64,000 nt of DNA from positions 42,599-106,598 of the IMG/VR virus record IMGVR_UViG_3300028888_001547. The stretch is one strand, 5' to 3'. The translations under genes and the position numbers were made by a program. The notes under the pieces were generated by a model. That model was not told the DNA's origin and did no database searches. It saw only the letters and a list, made by a program, of their open reading frames with translations. This document shows positions 47,723 through 56,800 of the stretch, piece after piece; position 1 is the stretch's first letter; the number at the start of each line of letters is the position of its first letter. The DNA is from a virus (lineage: Duplodnaviria > Caudoviricetes).

Positions 47723-48231
47723 CCCATTTAGAACTAAATGCCATACTGTATTATGCTGATTTTCTAAGTCTGAAAGAATAGAGCATCCCTGTTACAGACA
47801 ACTGTAAGTATTTCTTTATACACGGATACCCTATAAATAGCGCTTTTATAGTAGATTTAGAGCCTGAATATGACCCAGAGAATTAGTATATAATGCAAGC
47901 GGTTTAGGAATTCCAAGCAATCCGGGATAAGTATGACGAAGATGCGGCTATGAGTTTTATAGACGATATTTGCAGTATAAAAGCCTGTGGAAGCGTGAGT
48001 GCAGAATAGATGTTAAAGTGCATTCATAGATATAGTACAAAGCAAGAGCGAAAAACAGCTCTAAATGCGTTAAAAAATTGGCAAAAAGAACAAATTTATA
48101 CTCACATAACGTTCAACGAAAATGGAGACCCCCAAGAAACAGAATGTACGAAATACGTCAAGCACGCTGAAACGCTTCTCGCTAAACGAGGCTTACTTAA
48201 AAGCCCAAGATATAATGATCAGAGCTTATAA
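47719..48231 (+). CDS. Hypothetical protein (170 aa, 4 TAG=Gln)
   Basis: ATG 47719 (ATGA overlap with upstream stop) joins ORF 48010..48231. Confidence 0.65.
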
Positions 48232-48349
48232 AAACGCAATCAAAAATGGACTTTATCCAAATGACGACGAATAATTTAAACGAAATCGAGCCGTACGACG
48301 ATGATGATAGAAGGCCAAATCGCGACGACGACTATAATATTGATTAAAT

Positions 48350-48775
48350 ATGAGCAAATTTAGTAATTTATACGACATTGACGGCAATATAATCAACAAA
48401 TCTCCTCAGCATACATATACACTTGAGGAGTGTGAGAAGTTAGTTGATGATTTGACCAAAAAAGTCGAAGAAAACCCTGATAATGAAGTATACAGAGTAT
48501 ACTTAAATAACGCCCAAAAGTGGCTTATGCACATGTATGATGGGATGAGTAGGCAAGATTTGATGAAACGTATGTCATTCTTGACTGATAGCATCCAAAA
48601 TGCTAAAGATACTGCTAATGAAGCCGAACAAAAGCAGCTTGACGAGATAAATAAAGTCATGGAAGAGTTCAAAAAGCAGTATGACAATGATACTATAATG
48701 GATGAATATGTCGAACCAATAGAGGAAGTAAAAGAAGATGGAGACGATAAGAGCAATGTTGAATCTGCAGCGTGA
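48350..48775 (+). CDS. Hypothetical protein (141 aa)
   Basis: Intact helical/acidic ORF. Confidence 0.65.
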   Translation: MSKFSNLYDIDGNIINKSPQHTYTLEECEKLVDDLTKKVEENPDNEVYRVYLNNAQKWLMHMYDGMSRQDLMKRMSFLTDSIQNAKDTANEAEQKQLDEINKVMEEFKKQYDNDTIMDEYVEPIEEVKEDGDDKSNVESAA

Positions 48776-49073
48776 TTGTGTAGAGCCATATGAAGGAGGA
48801 TACAAGCAACAGCGCCTTTCATATGATCTGACGAGGCAAACGCAAAGTAGTATAGCGGAAATGAATAGTGTACTTAAGTATTTTGCTGCAAGATCTAAAG
48901 GAGAATTTAAGTATTGGTTTACAGGAGACGTGACCTTTAGTTCTGATGACCCCGAATGTCAAGAACTTATAAAGGAATACGAAGAAATGTTTAAAAATGA
49001 GACAAATAAAGAGGATATTCGTCCATTGCACAGCGGGGAACCAGAAGCAGACGAAACAGGATCTACTGAATGA
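48738..49073 (+). CDS. Hypothetical protein (111 aa)
   Basis: Intact ORF overlapping both neighbours. Confidence 0.5.
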   Translation: METIRAMLNLQRDCVEPYEGGYKQQRLSYDLTRQTQSSIAEMNSVLKYFAARSKGEFKYWFTGDVTFSSDDPECQELIKEYEEMFKNETNKEDIRPLHSGEPEADETGSTE

Positions 49074-49446
49074 GTTCAAGCGTAAAGGATGGAAAAACCC
49101 AGGATATCATTATGTTGTATTCCCTGACGGGAAGATAGAAAATCTATTAGATATAGCCAAAGTAAGCAATGGAGTACAAGGATACAACAGCACAAGCATC
49201 AACATCGCCTATGTTGGAGGGATTGATAACAAAGGAAGAGCTATAGATAACCGCACACAAGCGCAAAAAGACTCGCTCTTTAACATATTATCCTATCTAA
49301 TACAACAATTCCCTAGTGCCCACATAATGGGGCACAGGGATATCTGGGGAAAGGATAGTAGAAAATGGAAGAAAATGTGTCCCTGCTTCGACGCAGAGAA
49401 AGAATATGAATCATTAAACAATAAGACATGGAAGGAGAAGAACTAA
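48997..49446 (+). CDS. N-acetylmuramoyl-L-alanine amidase (T7 lysozyme-like endolysin)
   Basis: VHCTA, GYHYVV, SINIAYVGG, GHRD and CPCFD zinc-amidase motifs. Confidence 0.9.
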   Translation: MRQIKRIFVHCTAGNQKQTKQDLLNEFKRKGWKNPGYHYVVFPDGKIENLLDIAKVSNGVQGYNSTSINIAYVGGIDNKGRAIDNRTQAQKDSLFNILSYLIQQFPSAHIMGHRDIWGKDSRKWKKMCPCFDAEKEYESLNNKTWKEKN

Positions 49447-49622
49447 GATCATACTTACTCGCAAGTATAATATCTGCAGAAAACGATCATTATACAGAAG
49501 ACGTAAAACAAGAAGTAATACGCAGATATGATATAGAGAGGAATAACGACCATAAAGATTGGCAGTTTATCCTTGAACCTATCGGAGCAGATAACAGGTT
49601 ATTAGAATTATTTGAAGATTAA
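49428..49622 (+). CDS. Hypothetical protein (64 aa)
   Basis: Intact ORF within the operon. Confidence 0.5.
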   Translation: MEGEELRSYLLASIISAENDHYTEDVKQEVIRRYDIERNNDHKDWQFILEPIGADNRLLELFED

Positions 49623-49623
49623 T

Positions 49624-49842
49624 ATGGTACTGGGAGTAGATTATATAGGAAAGTATTCTTTACTAGAGTCTAAAGTACTCAAAAGTGGTAAACAGATATA
49701 GGTGCCTACACTGCATACTGATAATTATAGAGAAGTAGTATGGTATGCTAATATGGATCCTGAACACAGTACTCCTGTAAATGTGTGTGGAGAACGAGAC
49801 TTCTATAAAGTAGGCGGTAAATGGCACAGTTTTGAATTATAA
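49624..49842 (+). CDS. Hypothetical protein (72 aa, TAG=Gln)
   Basis: ATG 49624 to TAA 49842 with one TAG. Confidence 0.5.
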
Positions 49843-49924
49843 GAATTATGAATATAGTAATAGGATTGGCTATAGTAATGGGAATATTATCAATGTTTAC
49901 TAAGCCGTGGAGAGAAGAAGAATA

Positions 49925-50143
49925 ATGGAAGAACCTAAATATCGAAAAGGATAGGTTGTTAAATTTCACACAACACTTCGTAGTGGTACGAAAGAACAAA
50001 TATTCTGTAAAATAGCAGATGTTTACTATAATGACGAATTAAATTAGATACGATACCTCATGGAAGAATATCCACAAAAAAGTGATATTACATGGGATGC
50101 TCCAGAAGATAAATTAAATAGCGTTTCATCAATGGAAATATAA
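49925..50143 (+). CDS. Hypothetical protein (72 aa, TAG=Gln)
   Basis: MEEPKYRKG(Q)VVKF, two TAGs, TAA 50143; last clearly recoded gene. Confidence 0.55.
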
Positions 50144-50391
50144 ACATAAGATGAATAAGGTTACAGAAAGGGCCATAGAATACATGATAAGGCCTATTAA
50201 ATCATACACAGGAAACGGTCTTTTAGAACAAACAAGGAGGGTTGATGAATTTCAGCTCTCCTTATTTTTTTAAATTTTTTTATTTTGCGAGTGTGGAAAC
50301 GGGAAGGAGCAACTTTCACACCCCAGTACATACTAATGGGGTTAAGTATCCCCCTATACAACATTTACAAACAACAAAAAAACAAAGCATT

Positions 50392-51024
50392 ATGAAAAAA
50401 ACAAACATTTTTCCCGTGTCAGTCGTGGAAACAAATGACACAATTAAGGAAGTTTCACGGGAACGTGAAACATTGTACTTTCGTTTAGCTATTTCCCCAA
50501 GTGGCGATGAAAATGCACTAAGTGAGGAACAAAAAACATTATTAGCTAAACTAAGCCCTAAGGCAAAAGAAATTACGCTAAAAGGTATGCTAAAAAGAGA
50601 AATTAGTAACGTTTTTCCCGCTACAATTCTAAGTGATTACATTGACGGCTTAGATAGTATCACGGCTGAAGATTTAACCGATGAAATGCAAGACGAGATT
50701 GTTTCTCAAATTAGCGACATTTTGAAAGCTGAAAAAGACGGATTTTTGTTTACCTATTATGTCTTTTCAATTAACGAGTTGTTAAAAGGTACGGAATATA
50801 GTGATATAGACCGACTTTTTACGGAAAACGGCTCAATAGTAAGACAACGAAATAACCTTTATTTTGGCTTTTTCGATGATGAAGATGAGGCATTTTCGTT
50901 TATGCGGTCCCGTTTGATTGATGATATAGAAAATGAAAAACTCTATACTGAAAACCCGACCGAAACAGCACCCGCTGAAAAAGCACCCGCCGAAAAGCCA
51001 AAATTTCAGCTAAAGCGCAAGTAA
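50392..51024 (+). CDS. Acidic early hypothetical protein (~210 aa)
   Basis: Likely ATG 50392 after an A-rich leader; followed by a direct repeat and a hairpin. Confidence 0.7.
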   Translation: MKKTNIFPVSVVETNDTIKEVSRERETLYFRLAISPSGDENALSEEQKTLLAKLSPKAKEITLKGMLKREISNVFPATILSDYIDGLDSITAEDLTDEMQDEIVSQISDILKAEKDGFLFTYYVFSINELLKGTEYSDIDRLFTENGSIVRQRNNLYFGFFDDEDEAFSFMRSRLIDDIENEKLYTENPTETAPAEKAPAEKPKFQLKRK

Positions 51025-51055
51025 ACCAAGAATTCAGCTAAAGCGCAAGTAACCC

Positions 51056-51092
51056 AAAGGACACACGCACGATATTCGTGCGTGTACCCTTT
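51056..51092 (+). terminator. Putative terminator
   Basis: CACGCACGA-TAT-TCGTGCGTG hairpin followed by T residues. Confidence 0.5.
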
Positions 51093-51176
51093 AACCCGAT
51101 TCGTCAATCCTCATTTTTATAGGGATATTTAATATATAGCTTTTGACATTAATATTCAATCAAATATACAAAGCGT

Positions 51177-51467
51177 ATGAAGACAAATGTCATTACCCGA
51201 GAAGCTATCGTCGGCAAGCATGTAGAGTTCAACTCACGTGAATTGGAACAGATGGCAGAGATGTGTGACAAGATCGCAACAGTTCTCGACAATCATGAGA
51301 AGAAGGATGAGAAGAAAGTCTATCTTAGTGATGACGATCTTTACCGTCTTGAATCTATCTTCATGTGTATTCTTGAGACAGAGGCAGACTTCGCACGCAC
51401 AGTGTTTGACAGCTATGAGTTGACTCTTCGCAACAACAGACGTGAAAGAATTGAAGCAAAGCCTTAA
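51177..51467 (+). CDS. Early hypothetical protein (96 aa)
   Basis: Intact ORF. Confidence 0.7.
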   Translation: MKTNVITREAIVGKHVEFNSRELEQMAEMCDKIATVLDNHEKKDEKKVYLSDDDLYRLESIFMCILETEADFARTVFDSYELTLRNNRRERIEAKP

Positions 51468-51510
51468 ACACTGCTCCTGAGCATGAGTATAAACTGCTCA
51501 TATTCTATTT

Positions 51511-51569
51511 ATACTGTCCCAGTGTAGACGCTGGCTGATGAGTCTTGGAAGATTAAGACGAAACAGTAT
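51511..51569 (+). ncRNA. Hammerhead ribozyme (type III)
   Basis: ATACTG-TC^-CCAGTG-TAGA-CGCTGG-CTGATGA-GTCTT-GGAAGATT-AAGAC-GAAA-CAGTAT: full core and three stems; cleavage predicted after C51518. Confidence 0.9.
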
Positions 51570-52033
51570 TGTTTAACCCTTTAAACTTAGACCTATCATT
51601 ATGGGCAGCCAATTGTCCGTACTGAATTGGCATCAAACATCATCAATTTATTATTTATGTAAAGTTGAGGGTGTATGATTTGACCATTGTACACTCTGGT
51701 TAAACAACAAAACAAATTGCACACACTTATCACCGCTTCACGGTGATGTAGGCTAAACACATCTTGGTCAACACTGAAAGACCAGTGTAGATGTGTGACA
51801 GCAAACGTAAACGTTTGTATGCCTGTGTGTGCTAGTCTCGCTTGCATGACAATAAAATGAACTTGGTTAGTCATTAGGAGCAAGCTAAATGCAAATGGGA
51901 GAGCGATGCTGGTCTGTACTCAGCAACTCTCCCGCTTTTTATACCACTCTGGAATTCGAGCTAACTTGATCTCGTAATAACTTAAGAGTCCGTAAGGTGA
52001 GTGGTATTTAAGTGAAATCAATCACAACAAGAT

Positions 52034-52198
52034 ATGAGTACATTAGATGAACTCAATGCACTCTTGGACGAGATATTGCCCGAGTTTGCAGGTTGCTCAG
52101 CTGACCAAATAGCTGAAGTCTCTCGCGTTGCTAATGAAGATGAGCGTCGTCAACGCTTATCTGGTTATGACCCAATCTCTAAAATACCAGTGGCATGA
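52034..52198 (+). CDS. Small early protein (54 aa)
   Basis: ATG after a GAAATCAATC leader; TGA overlaps the next ATG. Confidence 0.55.
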   Translation: MSTLDELNALLDEILPEFAGCSADQIAEVSRVANEDERRQRLSGYDPISKIPVA

Positions 52199-52419
52199 AA
52201 GCAGTATTTATAATTACTGCTCCATACGCAGTAAAAGAGACAGCAAAGATTTTGATGCCTTTTAATAAAACAAAAAGAAAAGGCATTGAGATTTTATATG
52301 ATGATTTTGGTGTAATTATCAAAATGTCATTGCACTATGGTTGCGTATGTAATGTATTACGCAACTATAAACAATTTGTCAAAGCCTCACCAGTACACTG
52401 GCGTTGGCTTGGCGAATAA
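52195..52419 (+). CDS. Small early protein (74 aa)
   Basis: ATGA-coupled ORF. Confidence 0.55.
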   Translation: MKAVFIITAPYAVKETAKILMPFNKTKRKGIEILYDDFGVIIKMSLHYGCVCNVLRNYKQFVKASPVHWRWLGE

Positions 52420-52429
52420 ACCTTTAAAC

Positions 52430-53650
52430 CTACACCCGACATGTCCAAAGTAGTCGGCACGGATAATTACGTGAATGGTGATGGAAGGCAGGCTTCTTGT
52501 CTTTAGAATAAAGCAGCAATGCTATAAAGTGCACTCCTTTAGAAAGAGTGTGCGCAGATATGTGCTTTAGCACAGACTCTGTTCATAAGAAAGCTATACT
52601 ATATAAGTATATCTTGGGATACTCGGGCAGAGTTGAAGAGGTATACGGTGGCTCTTGCTAAGCTACCTTGGGTGGTAACACCGACAATATATAGTATAAT
52701 CATACTCCAGAGGATTGCCAGTCCAATAGAGTGTGTAATCTATTAGTAATATCCTATTCATCAACCAATGGTGAACTCCAGCTGGTTACTTGAGTCAGAA
52801 ATGGTAGGATAAATAAAACTATTAGAAATGAGTAGTCTTGGCAGACGAAAATAGGAAGGTGTTGCACCTGGGCTGGTCAAAAGCCAGTATGGTGACAAGC
52901 ATGGCCACATCTTCCAAGCAGAGCTCTAGTTATCTATTTTTAGGCGAAAGCCCCACAAAAAGTATTTAACAAAAAGCAAAAGTGCTATGCACTCTCGTAT
53001 GAAAATACGGTTGTTCTGCTGTAATACACAGATTGTGTGAGTACCGCAAGGAAAGCACAAAGGTGAAATCAAACTTATCTGGTTTCAGGATGGTATCCTG
53101 TTAAGCTACCAAAGCGCCATGAGTGAGAAATTAATCTACATAATGCGAGAGTAGTTCTTGCGACTTCTTTCTAGAAGCCGTCCGTATGCTATCTACCTGA
53201 TAAAAACAGGTGTGTGGATACTCTAAAAGGAGTGGAAAAGATAGTACAAAAGGTCAACACTCAGCCTTTTATTTAACGAAATAATTGATTTACACCCCAA
53301 TATAGCCTAATTGTAGTAGTAGGGAAGAGCCGTGAGATTAACCTTCCAAGACTACAAACCTTCAGACAGCACGTGATGCTGTTATTTCATAGCTTCCGAG
53401 ATAAGCACGGAACATATGATAAAAGACAGGTGGCAAGAAATGCACGGATTAGCTTGAGAGTGTAGCGAGGCATTAAGGGTACAGCCAAACTCTCCGTCAA
53501 AGTGATGCACGCCACTGCATCCACGTTCTTGGGAAGGCAAACGCACAGGTATAACATGTAGATATCGAAAAGGATTGCTCGCCACCAATAGGTGATAGAG
53601 CGCGAAGAGAGTCCTTGCGATTCGAATTGTATGCCTGTGCATTTTTATTT
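52430..53650 (+). ncRNA. Candidate large structured ncRNA(s)
   Basis: ~1.2 kb without a credible ORF; many stems and GNRA-type tetraloops on the plus strand. Confidence 0.5.
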
Positions 53651-53677
53651 GAATCAATCACCAAAATAACTAAATAT

Positions 53678-53872
53678 ATGAGGAGAAGATTCAATCCAAA
53701 CGCAGTTGCCTCATCAACAGGTGACTACACTCGTGTATCACACGACCGTAAGGCTGGTACAACTGGCCGTAGAGTTAAGAATGTGTTCGCAAAATGCGGG
53801 CTAATAAAAATAGCTGTCACGCCACGACAAGCTATGATGCTCGCATCTTATCAGCGCATCGAAAGACTCTAA
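53678..53872 (+). CDS. Small basic early protein (64 aa)
   Basis: Likely ATG 53678 (MRRRFNPN). Confidence 0.55.
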   Translation: MRRRFNPNAVASSTGDYTRVSHDRKAGTTGRRVKNVFAKCGLIKIAVTPRQAMMLASYQRIERL

Positions 53873-53941
53873 ACTATACAGTATCGCTGGATGTCAGTAT
53901 ACTGTGTTTAATTGAAATCAATTCATCAAAACAACATATTT

Positions 53942-54214
53942 ATGGCAAAGGTATTTGTATTTCAGACATGTGACAAAGATTATACTAACAGATTGGTAGA
54001 TAGATTAGTCACAAACGTAAAAGACGGTTATGAATGGATTCGCAAAACAGCTTATCCGTATTATAACTGGAGTTTCCAAACAACATGTGGAGAAAATGTG
54101 GAAGAACCGTCTCAAGAAATGGCGGAATACTATCACATCCTCAAAATGATTGGAAAAGATAAAAAAGGCAATGAATGCTGTCATGTATTGATAGAGCATC
54201 GCAACATTTACTAA
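53942..54214 (+). CDS. Early hypothetical protein (90 aa)
   Basis: ATG 53942 after a repeated leader. Confidence 0.6.
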   Translation: MAKVFVFQTCDKDYTNRLVDRLVTNVKDGYEWIRKTAYPYYNWSFQTTCGENVEEPSQEMAEYYHILKMIGKDKKGNECCHVLIEHRNIY

Positions 54215-54268
54215 AATGTAAAGTCCCACCGCGTTAAAGAGTGGGACGGAGTGATGCCTAGACTCCAC

Positions 54269-54296
54269 GGCCCGCAATTCCAAGGCGGGCCTTTTT
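54269..54296 (+). terminator. Rho-independent terminator
   Basis: GGCCCGC-N9-GCGGGCC-TTTTT. Confidence 0.7.
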
Positions 54297-54318
54297 ATTG
54301 GAATCAATTCTTACAATT

Positions 54319-54771
54319 ATGTGTTTATATACAAAACAAATATGCCCTATAAAGGCACGAAAAACAATTGTATGTTACAAGGTCGTAAAACGACGCAAAC
54401 ATGCAACAGGAGAAAAGAAGTATAGGACACCATGCATGAAAAAACCACTAAAACTTCATGGACTAATATATCCATCACCTATTACTTCATGGGATAAAAT
54501 CCATGAAAAAGATATATACATAGGAGAAGGTAAATGGATTAATGTTCGTGAAGTAAATGGAGGATGGATTCATGCATGTAATACACTCGATGATGCTAAG
54601 TTGTGGTTAAAAAAGAATTATCATCTGTTTAATCATAATAAAAAGCAACCATTTCATTGGGCTATAATCGAGTGTGTCGTATATAAAGGTGTTCTATATT
54701 ATCGTTCGTTTGACAAGCATACTCTGTGTGCTAAAGAACTCTTCACAAGAAAAATAGTGTTACAAGGTTAA
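54319..54771 (+). CDS. Early hypothetical protein (150 aa)
   Basis: MCLY..A...IVCYKV..GGWIHA..IIECV..KG.LYY pattern. Confidence 0.65.
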   Translation: MCLYTKQICPIKARKTIVCYKVVKRRKHATGEKKYRTPCMKKPLKLHGLIYPSPITSWDKIHEKDIYIGEGKWINVREVNGGWIHACNTLDDAKLWLKKNYHLFNHNKKQPFHWAIIECVVYKGVLYYRSFDKHTLCAKELFTRKIVLQG

Positions 54772-54808
54772 CACTATAACTTGAAATCAATTCTAAAACA
54801 ACATATTT

Positions 54809-54985
54809 ATGGCAAAAGGTATTAAAGGTGAGGATATACTACCTCATACGTATGTAAAACAGTTCAAACAGAAATTACAGCTGTTTGTGGACATGTGTAA
54901 TGTCGCACTATCGTGCGATGAAGACTCTGAAAGGGCCAATGGCTTCATCAAGAAAATAATGGAAGATCATAATTTCAAACCATGA
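54809..54985 (+). CDS. Small early protein (58 aa)
   Basis: ATG 54809 after a leader nearly identical to that of 53942. Confidence 0.55.
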   Translation: MAKGIKGEDILPHTYVKQFKQKLQLFVDMCNVALSCDEDSERANGFIKKIMEDHNFKP

Positions 54986-55320
54986 AGAAGTCAATTATCT
55001 CTCTCATTCCAACAGCAGCAGGTCTGTTATTAGGATGCTATGTTATGTATGTTTTAAGTGCTTTAATTCAATAGAATATGACGTATAAGAAACAAACAAT
55101 CAATGTAGCAGGAACAGAGTATGTCAGCGAGGTAACTCGTTGGCCAGGTCACAAATATATCAATAACATTCCAGTATGGAAAGGATAATGGTAGATGTTG
55201 TGGCAAATGGCATAGCATGTGTAATCATGCTAGTCGTAATAATAGTCATATGGACAGCATGCCATGTAGACGATTCTTCTAACACCTAAGCAAGTGTCTA
55301 AACTGCTACACTAGAGTAGC

Positions 55321-55527
55321 ACTACGTGTAAATGTAGCCTGATTAACGAATAATTTGTACGTACTTCGTATAATCAGTTGGTTCCAAGCCCATACTAATC
55401 AATGACAAGGTGTGTGAAACAGAATAAATATTTAAACAACACAAATATCAGTTCTAAACTGTGTAGAATTAATACGCGCAAAGTTTGTGTATGGCACCTC
55501 GAGAAGAATACAGTAGGAACACGTGGT
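55321..55527 (+). ncRNA. Twister-like ribozyme with large insertion
   Basis: P1 ACTACGTG/CACGTGGT, P2 TGTA/TACA, P3 CTGATTA/TAATCAG, P4 TGG/CCA, T1 TTCC/GGAA, T2 GC/GC; one extra nt on each side of L1. Confidence 0.6.
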
Positions 55528-55572
55528 AAAGGGGAGGAGGGACTTCACAGTCTGCCTCCCCAATTATAATTA

Positions 55573-55639
55573 AACACATTTAATGCGACCAATAATGACG
55601 GTGACAAGTCCGAAGAGAGAACGCAGAGTCAAATGTGTT
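55573..55639 (+). ncRNA. Twister ribozyme (type P1)
   Basis: P1 AACACATT/AATGTGTT, UAA, P2 TGCG/CGCA, P4 CGG/CCG, T1 TGAC/GTCA, T2 AC/GT, conserved GA. Confidence 0.8.
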
Positions 55640-56163
55640 AGCTATGCAGGTATACTCAACAGCATAGCGCTAAACGAACATTGAGTTACACATATTTATG
55701 TACGCTTACATTTATGTGGCAAATCAGAAGCCCGCGGTAATGGGCGTGAAATTCTGACATGTGAATAGACGAACTAGATTCACAAAATGACTTTAAACAG
55801 TGGAATAGTAACTGTTGCTCCGTAGTGAGGTAAGCCCCAAGAGGTGTAACTACCAAAGTGGATGGAAGTCGGTCACAGTCCACCAGATACGCAGAAGCCT
55901 AGGCGTATCAATCGGCAGCTTGAGTTGTACATAGAGCTGCACACGCGTGTGGAGGGCATAATCTAATCAATGGATATGCTCTCCCTTTTATTGAATCATT
56001 TAGTTGTTTTTAGGTGAATAGATTGTTTGTCAGGAACAATCACAACGGTGAGAGAGTATATCAGTACGCAATTTTACTCATATTCAAAGAACTCATGATG
56101 ATTATGCTACAGCGGTAGCACTCTCACCGTTTTTAATAGAAATCAATTCTAAAATTATATAAT

Positions 56164-56538
56164 ATGAAAAAGAAGTACTTAATTCCAAAAAGACTAGAAG
56201 CTATTATAATAGCTCTAGCTATTACCTTGGTCGCCCTTACTGCAATTGCAATAGGGCAGTGTGCTAAGTTTTCTCAATTAGAGAAAATAAACTCTAACGC
56301 TCTCGAGACTCAATTAGAAAACAAAAACAACATAATCTATGCATACAATGCACTGTTGCATCGGATTTGGGTGGATAATCCAAATTATGTTGAAGATGTC
56401 TTAGTTGAGTGTGATGAGTGGGTCTCATTAGACCAGCTTGTCGATGGAGACTTCTATGGAGCTTTTGAATATTGGTCTAAAGAAGATAGTATTTCGTATT
56501 CTTTAAACTCAGGCATATGTGGAAGCCAGGACAATTAG
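56164..56538 (+). CDS. Early membrane-anchored protein (124 aa; TAG stop)
   Basis: N-terminal TM segment; ends in TAG overlapped by the next gene. Confidence 0.65.
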   Translation: MKKKYLIPKRLEAIIIALAITLVALTAIAIGQCAKFSQLEKINSNALETQLENKNNIIYAYNALLHRIWVDNPNYVEDVLVECDEWVSLDQLVDGDFYGAFEYWSKEDSISYSLNSGICGSQDN

Positions 56539-56759
56539 TTACGATTGCTCATAAGGTGTATCGTATTACCAAATGTGATATAGCACCGATAACAGACAAA
56601 CCACCATATATGTGGAATAACATATGTACAACATGTAGAACATGTAGAAAACAAAGAAATTCTTATCTTTGTTTACTTATCGGTGAAGTAAAGTGTCTTA
56701 AACTAATGGGACCAGATTGTTATCCAAAACCTCTAGAACCTAAATCCAGCATAGGTTAA
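56517..56759 (+). CDS. Small Cys-rich early protein
   Basis: KPGQLVTI..YRITKC..CxxCxxC pattern, shared with ORFs at 58093 and 58396. Confidence 0.55.
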   Translation: MWKPGQLVTIAHKVYRITKCDIAPITDKPPYMWNNICTTCRTCRKQRNSYLCLLIGEVKCLKLMGPDCYPKPLEPKSSIG

Positions 56760-56800
56760 GTTGCTGGAAAATATAAAACAACTAAATAAATATCAAATTT

